This document shows, one piece after another, positions 23,152-36,235 of a stretch of DNA of 64,000 nucleotides. The stretch comes from Lama guanicoe. Lineage: Eukaryota. The notes beneath the pieces were generated by a model. It saw only the letters and a list, made by a program, of their open reading frames with translations. It did no database searches and was not told the origin of the DNA. Each line of letters opens with the position of its first letter. The stretch's first letter is position 1. The stretch covers positions 9,383,352 to 9,447,351 of the forward strand of contig MU053934.1 of NCBI GenBank assembly GCA_013239625.1. Reading direction: 5' to 3'. The translations under genes were made by a program, and so were the position numbers.

Positions 23152-25829
23152 CTGCGGGCCACAGGGCAGGCTCAGTCTGGGTGGGGGGCCTGGGGCCTCC
23201 CAGCTCCCTCCCGACCCCATCTCCACCTGACCTGGAGCCCACTCCCCTCTTCCCACTGTGTGACCGGGCATCAGTGTTTCCTCCTCCCTGAGCCTGTATC
23301 CTTACCCATTCAATGGGGCTGCTGACCATAGGTCCCTATACAGAGGGCCTCGTGAGGGTCAGTGAGAAGCCAGCACTTGGCATAGTGTGGTGTATATTTC
23401 TCAAATGTGTTTTGCTACATTCCCATCACCCTTCAGGGAGCTGCGGGTCGATGCCCTAATGAGGAAACTGAGGCTCAGGGGGCAGTGGGACTTGCTGCAG
23501 CTCACAGAGCAGCAGGTGGTGAAGTCAGTGTGTGCACCCATCCTGGCTCAGGGAGGCACCTCTCTGTGGTACCAGGCCCAGCAACAGCAGGCGCTTAATA
23601 TGTGCAGATCCCCCACCCCGTCTCTCCCACTCCCCACCCTCATGCCTGGTGTAGGCCCTGGCATGCAGTCGGCACTTAATAAATGGCCGTTCAATGAAAG
23701 CCCAGTACACACATGGAGCTCTGTGCACCTTTGCTGAAGGACAGAGAAGGGGTGGGCGAGCGGTGAGGGCACGGGTCGGTGAGGCCCGGGCGTGCCGTCT
23801 GCCGGGAAGCCGCCCTCCGACCAGTGTTGTTCTTTCTCCCCGGCTCCCCAAGGGCCAGGGATGGGTGCAGCCGTGTGTTTTCCTTGGGCCTCCCTCCTTG
23901 GCCCCGGAAGGCCGATTCCCAGAGCCAGCCCTGACCCCAGGCACTCATTTACCCGGATCGAAAAGGCCCTGCCAGCCAGGGCTGATTAAAGATGGGGAAT
24001 CATTAGCTGCCGCCCCACGGCTGCACAAGGGCCATTTGTCATCTATCGAGGCTCCCGCTGGCCTCACTTTGACAGCCAACTCTACAGGGGCTTGGACACC
24101 CTCTGCCCCCTTGCCCAGAACCCCAGCCCTAACCCTCGGTGAATGAATGAATGAATGAATGAACAAACGAATGAAAGAAAAAGAGAGAGAAACATCCCAG
24201 GGGGTCAACTACTGCCCCAATCGCTTTCCCAGGCCTGACTGCATGGGCCCCTGGACCAAGGCGAGGCTCTCTGGAGCTCACAGTCCAAGTGGGAAACAGA
24301 GAAGGAAACTGCCAAAGTGCAGGGGTTGTGGGAACCCAGGAGAGCCTGATCCTTCCCAGGGGGAGGCTGCCTGGAGGAGGTGGTGCATGCACTAGGTGTT
24401 GATGAAGGAGTAGGAGCTCATTAGAGAAAGGGGGGGTGTGCCAGGAGGGGTACAGCATGAGCAAGGTCCAGGGAGCTGTCACCATCATCACAAAGGGAAG
24501 ATTTGGCTCAAATGAGCATGATGTGGGTGCTGGATGGGCCCTGAGGCTGGTGGCCTGGAGTTTGGTGGGGGGAGGCTCTCTGCACCTGGATGATGTCCTG
24601 GGGTGGAGACTGGAGAAGCTGGGGAAGAGGGAGGACAGAGGAGAGGAAAGGCTGAGGCTTCACCAGTGGAGAGCCAAGGTGTGGTGGGCCCCAATGTCCA
24701 GAGGAGGGAAAGGGGGCCAGGTTTGGGGAATATTCAGGGCTTGGTGACCGTGCTGCGGAGTATTTGGGTTGAGGGCCCTGGCCAGGAGCCTGGTCTGTGG
24801 GTCAGGGTGAAGGGTAGGATCTCCCACCCCAGAAAAGCATATCTGGGCCCCTTCTCTGCCTCCTGCCCCCGTCCCCATTCCTGTTCATCCCAGTTAGACG
24901 TCGCTCTTCTCCCTCAACCCTGTCCCATATTCATCTTTGCTTGGACCATCCTCTCCCCCGAAAGCCCCTCCCTCTCTGAATCTGCCCTTCAAGGCTTGCA
25001 AGCTTCCTCTGCTCTGGCCACATCACCTGTCATGGATGTTCCTGGCCAGGAGCTGGCTAGATGGATAACCCTCTCCAAGCCCCCAGCCTGGGGAGCAGTT
25101 CACCCCACCCATACCGCTGGCCCAGAAGTTTCCTTCTCAGGTGGGTGGTGATGGCCAGAGACCTGGCAGGAGTGTTGTGTTCAGGCTGGTGTCTGTGCAG
25201 ACCAAGTGGTCCACACTTAACTGACATTGGTGTGCACACTTGGGCCTCCTGAACAACTGCCCCCTCCCCACTCTGCCTCCTGCCCTGAACCCCTTTCCTC
25301 CACCCCTTCCCTGCACATTCAGATCTGTGTGGCCAGGCCAGTGACAGTCAGCAGATGAAGCCAACTGGGCAGCTATTTGCAGAGCAAGGGACTGAATCCT
25401 CGCTTGGCTGGGTCCCCCGGGTCTGAGCCTCTCCTGGGAAGTGATCACAGGATTCAAGAATGCGCTGTTTCCGTCTCCGGCCCCCTCATGATCAGAGCAA
25501 CAGCGCCGGTGGCGCCAGTCCTGCTGCTCCAGGAGACCACCTGGGCAGGTGCAGAGTGACCCACCCTGCCCAGAGGAACTGGTGCCTGAGCAGGGCCCTC
25601 CCCTGGGCCTCGCCCCCACCCCATCGCCCTAGGAGGTGGTGGAGGGGTAGGTGGGAGAGTCCTAGAAAGGGCTGACTGGGGTTCTTTCCAGGATAAGGAA
25701 TGCCCCCACTCTGGCCAAGTTTGGGGGAGTCACCAGGTTGCTAGACCAGAGTCCCACGGGAGCCCGGAGTTGGGCAGCTCCCCACGCTCAGACTGTTTGC
25801 CCCTGGCCCACCAGGTAGGCCGTGTGCCA

Positions 25830-26246
25830 GTCTGGGGTGGGCTGAAGAGCGTCCCCCTGAAAACACCTGTCCACTCAGAGGCTCAGAACATGACCTTATT
25901 GGGAAGTAGGGACTCTGCAGATGTGATTAAGGTAAGACTCGAGATGAGATCCCCTTGGATCAGGGTGGGTCCCATATCCAAGGACACATGTCCTTATAAG
26001 AGACAGAAGAGGAGGGAACACAGACACAGAGGAGGAGGCCACATGAAGACAGAGATGATGCAGCCACAAGCCAAGGAGTGCCTGCTGTCCCCAGGAGCTG
26101 GAAGGGACAAGGAAGGATCCTCCCGCTGAAGCCTTCGGAGGGGGCTCAGCCCTGCTGACACATTAATTTAGGACTTCTGGCTCTAGGAAAGAATGAATTT
26201 TTCCCGCTTTAAGCCACCTGGTTTGTGGGACTTCATCGTGGCAACA
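25830..26246 (+). mobile_element. MaLR solo LTR (MLT1 family) in intron 3
   Basis: gggctgaagagcgtcccc, gaccttattgggaagtagggactctgcagatgtgattaagg, tgtccttataagagac, gccacaagccaaggagtgcc, ggacttctggc, tttaagccacctggtttgtgg. Confidence 0.88.
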
Positions 26247-27299
26247 TCAGCTTCCTCTCCACCTGACTTGGTAAACTCCGTGGCCCTGAGGACACGGGAG
26301 GGGTGTGGGCAGGCCTGGCCGCACTACCACAGGGCCAGGGTGCCCTGGTACTCACTTCTCTAGGAAACCTCAAAAGTCACACCCACCCCATGTCCACCGC
26401 CGTGATAAAATAAGCACCGTGCTTTTGGGAGGACCCCAGTCCCCAGGGTCACTGTGTGGCCACCACCATTGGGCTTTTCCAAAAACTCAGACCACACGTG
26501 TGCACTGCAGCTCCACGGGTTTGGGGCTGTCGGAAGGACACTGGGGGAAGGAGTATTACAGCCACTGTGCAGGTGAGGAGACTGACTCAGGAGAAGGACA
26601 GGGCCAGCCAGGGCCCCCCACGGACAGTTGGGGACAGCACTGGCTGCTGTCCACTTTATAGGCCTTTCCTGTGGCTGCCCTGTCCCTGCAGGCCCTCGCA
26701 CTGCCCAGCTGCTCCCTCACTGCCCCCCGACAGTCTGCTTCTCCTCAGCTCATGGCTTCGCCCCAGTCCAAAACCCCCAACGCGTTGACACCCCTCCATC
26801 CTCGTCCCCCTGAACAGGCCCGGGCCCCATCACCAGCCGCCTTGTTCTCATGCCTCCTGTCTCCCCAGGGCCCGACGCTGCTTGTCTCCGTTTCCCTGTG
26901 CCTTTTTACCACCTGTCAACTGCCAGACACTCCCCCCGACCGAGTCCCCACGTGTAAAATGGGGACCGAGAGACCGTCCTCCCAGGGCTGTGGGAAAGCC
27001 CCTGCTCAGGACCTTAGCCACTGCACGGACTCAAAGCTCCATGGTTGAGCTGAGAGTTTAGACGCACCTCCTCCTCCTCCAGGGAGCCCTCCTGGTGCCT
27101 CTGTGTAAGTGAATCTGTCCTTCCTCTGCCCTCTCAGACACAGATGACTGTTCACCTGTGTCTAGAGAAGGAGGCCTACATGCTGTCTGTGAGCTCCTTG
27201 CAAGCAAAGACGGTCACCCATTTCTTCATTTGACGATAATTTAATAACCACCTGCTGCAAGGCAAACTCCATATCTATAAGATGAAGCCAAATCCTTGG

Positions 27300-27660
27300 C
27301 CTGGTGTTCAAGGCCCATTCTGGGCCGGTCCCTGCTTGCTTCTCAAGCCTTGTCACACCCACCCCTTGTGTTCCCCCTACCCCTCACCTCGCAAGTGTCA
27401 GCTCTCTCTGCCTCTGCTCTTCACAGCTCTGGTATGTCCTTCACTTGGACATTCACTGCCTCCAGGAAGCTGCTGTTACCCCTCCCTCAGGTCCCTGGGC
27501 TCTTGCTGTCCCTGGTATGGCCCTGCTCCCCTCATGTGGACCCACTTGGTGCTGGAGAGCTCCCACAGCCAGGGCTATGTCTTACTCCTCCCTGTCCCCA
27601 GTGCCCAGCATAACGCCTGGCACGCAGAAAGAGCAGGGAGTGCTGGCTGAGTAAATGAGC
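27300..27660 (+). mobile_element. L2 3' fragment
   Basis: ctccaggaagc, agctcccacagccagggctatgtct, cccagtgcccagcataacgcctggcac..gagtaaatga. Confidence 0.6.
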
Positions 27661-28508
27661 TCAGCTGTGGGCCTGGGGACAGAGGACACCTTCACCTCCT
27701 CTTTCCTCAGAAAGGCAAGTCTGCCCCGTGCCTGCAGGGCCCCTCAGGCCCTGGAGCCCCGGTGCAGCCCCTCAGGCTGGAAAATCAGACCCAGAGGCGT
27801 TCCGCTCAGCTGGCTGCCCTATCTCTGGCCATCTTGCCGCCTTGGCGGCCTCTCCTCCCAGCCCAGTATCTGGGGCCCTCATCTCCCTGAGGTTGGGCTG
27901 GGCTCGCCCCGACTTCTTCCCCAGTGTGTCTCGGCTTGAATGTCCTCCATTATCATGGCACACACTGCATCCCACCCCATGCATGAAGCCAGATGCTCCC
28001 TAAGACCCCCATTCAGTTTCCACCATTCCTCAGGCTGCTCCTGTTTCCTGGGAACACCCCTTCTTCCAGTCTCATAGCAATTCGAGCCAAAGGCCACCTC
28101 CTCCGGGAAGCCCTTCCCGTTGTATTGTCATGACACCTCTAGAACCAAAGCAGAGACATGGACTGTGGTCCAGGGGCCTCCCCCAACCCTTTGTCTCCGG
28201 CCAGGTCCTGCTCCCATTCTGTGTGTAAATAGGGTCCCTGTCTCATCTCTGCTGCCCACCAGCTGAGGGCCGCAGGCATACTACTTCATCACTCCCAGCC
28301 TTCGTTTCCGAATCTTTGTAATGGGAACAGTAAGGCCCCCCTCTTAGAGCTGCTGGGACAGACAGAGGTGAAGGCCTGTGCTCAGCATCACCCATTCCGC
28401 ACCTTCTGGGTTCAGTTCACCAATTCCCTCTGCTAGGAGAGGTGCGGAAATCTCAGAGGAGTCAAGACCCTCCCTGGGTGATGCTGCAGTCACACCTAAC
28501 ACAGGCCT

Positions 28509-28527
28509 NNNNNNNNNNNNNNNNNNN
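28509..28527. other. Assembly gap (19 N)
   Basis: Run of n characters in intron 3, about 62 nt from the exon 3 donor. Confidence 1.
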
Positions 28528-28589
28528 ATCGCCACGCCACGCCCAGCGCCCGCCCCGCCCCTCCACGCCCCGCCCAGCGCCTGCCCTAC

Positions 28590-28861
28590 CTTCCTGCCGG
28601 CCTCGTTGTTGTGCAGGTTCATCAGGCGCCTGGCGTTTTTCTTGATCTCGCGGGCGTCCACGAAGCGGCGGGAGAAGTCGATGCCGTAGCGCACGTCGGC
28701 GGAGCAGCCGCCCCACTTCCAGCCCTCGGCCTGGTTGTAGTAGCCCTGCTTTTCGCGGTCGCACCCGCAGTTGCTCAGGTTGCCCTGGCTGCAGGCAGCG
28801 GTGACGGCGTGGGCCACGCCGGCTGCGGTGATGGCGTACGTGAAGGCCGCCTCACGGCTCC
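28590..28861 (-). CDS. WNT7B: WNT7B exon 3 (272 nt): (G)[90 protein letters not shown]
   Basis: Wnt motifs SREAAF, WKWGGCS and [11 protein letters not shown]. Acceptor ccccacag|GG at 28862/28861, donor AAG|gtaggg at 28590/28589. Confidence 0.98.
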
Positions 28862-28939
28862 CTGTGGGGAGGGGACGGTGCAGACGGTGAAGCCCCGCAG
28901 TCTCTACCCGGTGGGCTCAGGGGACCTAGTGCTGGGCCC

Positions 28940-29080
28940 TGGTCCTGCTGCCGGCCGGCTGTGTGACCCTGGGCTCAGCACGTGCCCTCTCTGAGCTTCT
29001 GACTCAGCAAAATGAGGCTAATGGAACCCACCTTGCAGGGCTGTGGTGAGGACAGTATACAGTGGGCACTCAATGAATGC
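28940..29080 (+). mobile_element. MIR SINE
   Basis: gctgtgtgaccctgggc..ctctctgagcttct..aaaatgaggctaat..cagggctgtggtgagga..cactcaatgaatg. Confidence 0.7.
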
Positions 29081-31689
29081 CACGGCCCTGCCACCGGCAC
29101 GTAAGACACTTCTCTTCCTGTCCCAGGAGCCTGGGCTGGAGGGGCCCAGTTTCCTCCTGGGAGACAGCACTGGGGGGCCCTGGGAGGGGATGTTTGGGGC
29201 CCGCACCTCTGCCAGCCTCCCAGTGCTGCTCTTCACGCACCAGGTACTTGTGCTGACCCCTTTGGGGGCTCCGCACCCACTAGCCAGGAGCCAGGCAGGA
29301 TCCCCGCCGCTCAGAGCAAACCGCGGGCTCTTTGTAGCTGTCTCTCTCTTTCTAGCCAATCACTCCATCACCCGGCTAGGCCTCCTGAATCTCCCTTCTC
29401 CCACTCCCCTGCCTGCTTCAGGGGCCCCTGAACTGCCAGGCTTGGGAGCCATTCCTCCCTGCCTCCCTCACCCCCTAGCCACCATCCAGGTGGCTTCAGA
29501 CTGCACTTCTAATCCCTGGCCAGCACCCCCCCGCCACTTGCCCTCGCTCTCCTCCGCCTGAGGTGGAAAGGGAAAGCCTGCAGTCCAAGCCTGAAGTCCA
29601 CGCCTGGCTGGACCCCCCAGCCCTCTCTCCCCATCCTCCACCCAAAACAACTCAAATTCCAGTGCTGCTCACATGTTCCTGGGTGTTTCCTTCTTTTTGG
29701 TGGAATGTTTTCTTCCCCTCCATGCCCAAATTTTAACAACCTTCCAAGGCCAGTGCCAATGTCTCCTCCTCCAGGCAGCCTTCTCAGACCACCAGCCAGA
29801 TGGAAGATCAGGCTACCTGACCTCCCTCAGTGGCAGATCTCTCTCACTGCTCTTGACACTGTCCACCTGGTAAGTCCTACCACTGATACTTCCTGGATCC
29901 ACATGGGTCAGAGGCGCCTTAGATGGACGGATCCAGCTCTTCATTCTTTATTTTCCACAGTCCCCAGCCTAAGCATCCTGTCTTCCTGGCCCCTGTCTCT
30001 CGGGCCCCTCTTGCCTTGCGCACGAGCACATAGGCTTCCTGCAGACCATGGCTAGTTCTGTGTAGTTCCCAGCACCTGCCACTGTGGGTACGGAGCTCAG
30101 AGATGCCGACTGGACCAAAGCCAAGCTCTGGTGAGGGAATCCCACCGCCCTCAACAATAGCGGGACATGGCCGAGGCGGTCTCGGGAGGGGCCATTGGAA
30201 ACCCAAGACCCTATCCTTGCACAAGCTCTGTGCTTGTGCCCTGCAAATGCCAACGGGCCCTTCTGTGTGCTTGGCTGTTGTTCCCTGTTATTGGGGACCA
30301 GCATGATTCCCCCAGATTGCGAGATGGTTGAGGGTCATTCTACAAATATCCACTGAGCACCGACTGCATGCCCAGCCTGGTGCTGGGCTCTGACTGTGTT
30401 CTAAGGTCCCCCTCCTCACCCACCAATTGGCTGAAGGGGGCTCACCTTGATGGAGTCCCCATTCCCCAGGGTTGGGGGCTCACCCTCAGGGAGGTCCTTA
30501 TTCATCAGGGTGGGGGCCTCACCCTCAGTGGGGTCCTTGTTCCCTGGGGGGTCACTTATCTGGGGCCCCTGTTCTCGGTGTCTCTCCCATTTAGGGTGAG
30601 ACCCACTGGTCTCTGGGGCCCGGGGAAGAGGAGGCTTTGGCTGGCCTCTGCCATCACAGAGGGGGCTGTGGTTTCCTGGAAACTTCCATCCTCTGGAAAG
30701 AGCTGAGGAGGGAGTGGTGTTGGGCGTTCCTTCCTCCCCAGAAAGACCAGGGTCTGCAAAGGGCATGGGGCAGCACTGCCTTCTTAGGGCCTGGCTGCAC
30801 ATCCAGTCTCTCCTCCCCGATGGGCCCTTCAGCCCACACTCCCGCCTCCCGGCCTGGGGACCTGCCCACTGCATGGGACCCACTCTGCGGGCACCACCCA
30901 GTGAGAAGCCGTCTCTTAGTGCAGTGAGTGGCTCTCGGAGGAGCACAGAGGAGTCCTGGTCCCTGGGCTGTTGAGGCCACCAGCTGGGAGTACCAGCCAG
31001 ACACAGGGACAGGGAGAGTATGGTGTGAAGTGGGTTATTGAACTCCAAGCCCAGCAGGGCCAGCCAACAAGCTCACACACGGGCATGCATGAGCAGGGAG
31101 GCAGCGGTGTCGAGGAAAGGAGGTGACCACAGAGCTCTGCAAGAAGGGGCAGGGAGAACCATGGAACCTCAAAGGATGCCCGGACCTCCCTCTCTGGGGG
31201 GGTGGAGTCAAGGAAGCCTTCCTGTAGGAGGTGACACCTTCAAGAAAGTCTTCATGAGAAGTGTGAGTTAACTCCCTGTGAGTGTGTGACTTAGCATGTG
31301 AGTGTGTATGGTGTGTGTGTGGTGGGTGCTTGCTCCTGGTGCACATGAGGCAGGAGCAACGGTGCAGGGGTGTGAAACAGTTTGGTGTTGCTGGTGCTGG
31401 AAGTATGAGATCACGGGACAGGAAAAGCGGTGGCTGAAGTCTGAGGGCGCCAGATTGCGGGTGGCCAGAGATGTCCTGTGAAGACGATGGCACTTTCTGT
31501 GTGGGTGCTGGGGCAAGAGGCTATGGGATTTGGACCTAAGTCTGGCTTCATGAGGGATGGGGACCCTGGGACTATCTAGAAAGCAGACCGGCAAAGCCAT
31601 GCCTATAGCATCATCACCACTGCCAGCCCCCAGCTCTCACAGTGCCAGCAGCTCTCTGACCCTTAACGCCTGTTCTCACTGAACTGTCC

Positions 31690-31825
31690 CGACAATCATG
31701 CAATACAGGTTTCATTCTCAGTCCCCTCTTTCAGATGAGGACACTGAGGCACACAGAAAGTATGAAACTAGGTGTTAGTGGCTGAAGCAGGATTTGAACC
31801 CAGGCAGTGGAATCAAAGCCCAGCG
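31690..31825 (-). mobile_element. MIR SINE
   Basis: tttcagatgaggacactgaggcacacaga..gcaggatttgaacccaggcagt. Confidence 0.75.
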
Positions 31826-34800
31826 AGGCAGAGGGAGGGGCTTGGGGCCTGGGGTGCGGGTCATCGGAGGCCACCCTGCCCCCCGGTTTGGCCCCTTTGC
31901 AGCTAAGTGACCTGGGGTAGGAGGAGACAGGAGAAGTGGTGTGCACGGCCCCCTCGGGAAGGAGATGCTGCATTTGGACCATCCATGGACCTGAGGTGTG
32001 CAGTGGCGGGGCGCTAACCGGCAGGTGAAGGCTGGTTGGGAGCCCTGGAGAGGCGGAGCTAGCCTCCGAGTGGGCGTGTCACAAGCTAGGCCCCCAGAGG
32101 GGGTTAGAAATCTCCACCAGTTGTGAATTCACACCAAGAGGCCAGGCGGATGGAGCTTAAAAGTCCCAAACCAAGCCCTGCCTCAGCCAGGGCGATGGGG
32201 GCGTGTCCTCAGAGGCCTGGGACCCACCACCACCTGCGACCCTCTTCTCCCCAAATGCCCGTCCTCCCCAGTGGCAGCCAGATGGGGGACTCCCACGCCT
32301 TTCATCCTCCAGCCCCGCAGGCAGGCCAGCAGGCACGGGGTCAGGCCTGGAGTTTGGAGGGCACTTCACAAAGCCCTCCCTCCCATCCTTTCTGCTCCCA
32401 CGGGGTTTCTGCCCGTGCCCAGCTCAGACCCAGTTACTCATGAGTCACTCACTGGGCTGCCACTCTTGCTAATTCCCTTTTTATTTGGCTTTAATAAGCC
32501 ACACCCTCTCGTCTCACCATGGAGACGAGGGGGAGGCGAGCAGTGAGAGTCGTAGTTTGGGGAGAATCAGCGAGGACAGCATTGGGTCCTGGATCCAGGG
32601 GTTCCCGGGGCCCCGTTTCATAGAACTGAATGCTGGCTCAGAGGGCTTCCCCACTTCGCCGGGTCACAGTGCGCCCAGGCATGGAGGGAGGAGACGGTCC
32701 CCTGCCAAAATCACCACTGGGGCTGTCTTGCAGCCCCCACAAGTCACCTACATGTCCTCCGGGGCAAGAATGAGTCAGTGTTTAGATTTAGAAAGAAGCC
32801 CCTTGAACCCGTGGGCCTTGCCCAGCAAACGTCGATGGCTCCCTGGGCCTCCGAGATGCCCTCCAGCCCCAGAGGCCTGACCCCACCCGTCCCACCCGCC
32901 ACTCACTCCCTGAGCCTGGCTCTGCCAGGTCCAATAGCTGGTCCGCCTGTGGGCAGGTGCAGCCACGTCCTGCGCACACCGCTCTTCTGGAATAGAGGGC
33001 AGCCTGGTTCCCACCGCCTGCCCTGATGGATGCTGGCCCGCTCTCTGCCTGGACCGCCTGCCTGCATTCCCACATGTCTGCAGCTCACCCAGGCTCTGAA
33101 TGCTGCAGGGAAGCTCCCTGCTCCCAGAAGCCCCACTGAGGTGAAGCGCCCTCCTCTGGGCTCTTGCCAGGTGCCCGGTGGGCTGCAGGGGTGGTGGGTA
33201 GGCTCCATGTCTGATTCTTTGTGTACCCCTGCCCCGCAGCATCATTCCTGGAGCCCACACAAGAGCAGGGCTGGGGCTGGACACACTACATGCATCACCT
33301 TCTTTTATCTCCCTGACCACACCATGGAATAGGTCCTCTAAGACCCATCTCACAGGTGGGAACACAGAGCCTCAGAGGCAGGAAGTGGTTTGCTCCGGGA
33401 GGTAACGGCCACTTGAGCTCAGCACTACTCCAGATGTGTCTGGTGATGGGGCTGGGGAGTTGGGTGAAGGCAGCAGGGATGGTCTGTGTCGGGCCAGCAG
33501 CTCTCTTAGAGGTACACTTTGGTCTGGGAGGCCTAGGGCCCCCTCTTGGGAACCAGAGCCCCTCCCAGCAGGGATGTGCATCCTTAGACAGCAGACCCAG
33601 CAGGAGTGTCCTGCAGTCTCCCTGGAAAATGTCAAAGACAGACAGGCAGGCCACACAATGGCCACCCCTTTCCATGGCCCTCATAAGCCCTGAGCGGGTC
33701 CCTGAGTGCACTGGCCCTGACTGAGGCCCCGCTGCTTCTAGGGCAGTCTGTGTCTGGCACCTGGCAGGTCAAGATGGGCTCCATTAGCCACAGAGGCCCC
33801 CTGGCCTGAGGTTTTGGGAAAGCCCCGGACTTGTAGTCTCACACCTGCTGTGTGGCCCCAAGCAAGTTACAAACCCTCTCTGAGCCTGTGCCCCCATTTG
33901 CCCCATGGCCCCAGGCGCAACTCTAAGAGCAAACAAGACAAACAGGCATCGCCCTCACTGTCACCAAATGTCAAGTGGGCCTGGCTGGCCAGGGATGACC
34001 AGGCACCATGCAGGACTCTTAGGACAGGCCCAGGCATCTCTCTGTGCTGTCTGGAGTGTCCTCCCAGGCAGCCTGCCCAGCTGCACCCGCCATGCATATT
34101 CTGGATAAATCTGGAGCAGCAGAGCCCTCCAAGACCACTGCCCCATGGGTAAACCGAGGCACTGGCCACTCAGGGACCATCCAGCTCTGATCTCTTTTCT
34201 ATTGGGTATTCAAACTTAAGCCCCCACTGAGGACAGCCCCCTGCCCTGCTCTGTGCCCACCTGACCCAAGACCCAGGGACAGGGGGCCTGCCTGGGACAG
34301 CAGGTTCTAGCCCACCCTGCCATCACCTCACTCTGACCTCGAGGGGATGCTGGGGACCAGGCAGATCTTTGTGAGCAGTTCCTGGAGGGGACAAATGTGG
34401 CCCCCGATCAACACAGGGGCCTGAGCAGAACAGGGCTCCCCTCACGCTCCCAGGGAAGAGCAGGGGGCTGTGCCCACCCTTCCCAGGCCCCAGGTACCAT
34501 CCCCCACTGTCCACTCAAAGCTACTTACCACTTCCTAGCATCCACAGCAGCTGGCGCACTATTTTTAGAAAGCCACCAAAAGCCCTAATTGTGCTCATAG
34601 CGACCTGATTAACTGCAGACCTGGGGAGGCAAGGTGAGAAAGGCACTTGGTTCCCTCTGAGTAGGAGAACTGGGAATCTGGACTCTCAGTGCTGGAGAGG
34701 GTCTCAGGGACCATCCTGTGCTACCCTACAAGGAGTCTGAGGTCCAGAGAGAGACAGCATGCTGCCTAAGGTCACACAGCAGCCCAGGAAGTAGGGGAGC

Positions 34801-35339
34801 CCAGGCCTGACATTCTGAAATGATTGAGGTGAGATCATAGGTCTCGGTGCTACACACAGTCCCAGAGATGGGGCTGAGAGACTGAGACCTCAAGTTCAAG
34901 TCCAGACCCTAAAATTGGGGTGAGGTGGGGTGGGGTGGGGTGACCTTGGACCAGCCAAGGGGACTTTCCGTGTCTCAACATCCCCACTTTGCAAAGTGAG
35001 GATAATTGCTCCGATACGGCCGCGGTCCTGGGAGGCAGGGCTGGCCCCAGCACACAGGGTTGCTGACTGAGCTTCATGCCCACACATGTGACACACACCA
35101 CACATGGGCTCTTTGCGGGTGTACACAGGTTTGGTCATCCGTGCGTCCCTATGCATGTGTCCCTGGGCATGTACCTGGACTTACGTAGAAATGCAGTTCC
35201 CGTGAGTGTGAGCAAGTGTGTGCCCTTGTGTGTGTGCACCTGTGTGTGTGCCCAGGCTTGTGGCCAACACAACTCATGCTGTCAAACCTGCCTCTCTGCC
35301 AACGTGGACTTGCCCCTCTTTAAAAAAAAAAAAAAAACA

Positions 35340-36235
35340 GACTTTTCTACAATTCACCAGTAAAAAGGCAAATAACCAAATTAAAAATGGGCGGAGGATC
35401 TGAATAGACATTTCTCCAAAGAAGGTATAAAAATGGACTCTGAGCCCACCAAAAGATGCTCAACATTGTTGACCCCCGAGGAAATGCAGATCAAAACCAC
35501 GACGAGCTAGCACTTCATTCCCACTAAAACAGTGGCTAAACTGAAAAGAGGGACAGTAGCAAGTGTTGACAAGGACGTGGAGCACCAGAACCTTCACACA
35601 CTGCTGGTGGGATGTCAGTCATGCAGCCACTACGGAAACAGTTTGGCAGTTCCTCAAAACATTAAATACAGAGTTACTATTTAAGCCGGCAATCCCCCTT
35701 CTAGGTATATACCCAAGAGACGTGAACATGTGCCCACACAGCAACCTGTACGTGAATACTCACAGCAGCATCAGTCACAAGAGCCAAAAGGTGGAAACAA
35801 CCCAAATGCCCATCAGCGGGTGAATGAATGGGTAAAGAAAGCGTGGTGTCTCTACACGATGAAATACTATTCAGCCATGCAAAGGAACGGAGTCCTGACA
35901 CAGGCTACGTACGACACGGACGAACCTTGAAAACGTGTTCAGTGAAAGATGCTAAACACAAAAGGCCACGTATTGTATGATTCCCCTGATGTGAAATGTC
36001 CAGAATAGATAAACCCACAGAGACAGAAAACAAATGAGCATTGCCAAGGACAAGGGGGACTGGAGGAAGATAGCCATGGGGCAGAGGACTTTGGGGGGTG
36101 ATGAGAATATTGTGAAACTGACTATGGTGATGGTCGCACAACCTGTGACTACACTAACAATCTCTGAACTGTGCACTTAAATGGATCAGTTCTATGGTAT
36201 GTGAACTCTCTCTCAATAAAAGCAGTTATAAAAAC
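35340..36235 (+). mobile_element. L1 (L1MB-like) 3' fragment in intron 2, antisense to WNT7B
   Basis: aaaatgggcggaggatctgaatagacatttctccaaagaag, gtttggcagttcctcaaaa, ggaaacaacccaaatgcccatc, tgtatgattcc..aatgtccagaatag, terminal ctcaataaaagcagtt. Confidence 0.92.

Noticed and set aside
22300..23325. 341-aa plus-strand ORF and 221-aa alternative-frame ORF overlapping WNT7B exon 4
   Set aside because: Antisense and shifted shadows of a coding exon with very high GC at third codon positions. No recognisable domain.
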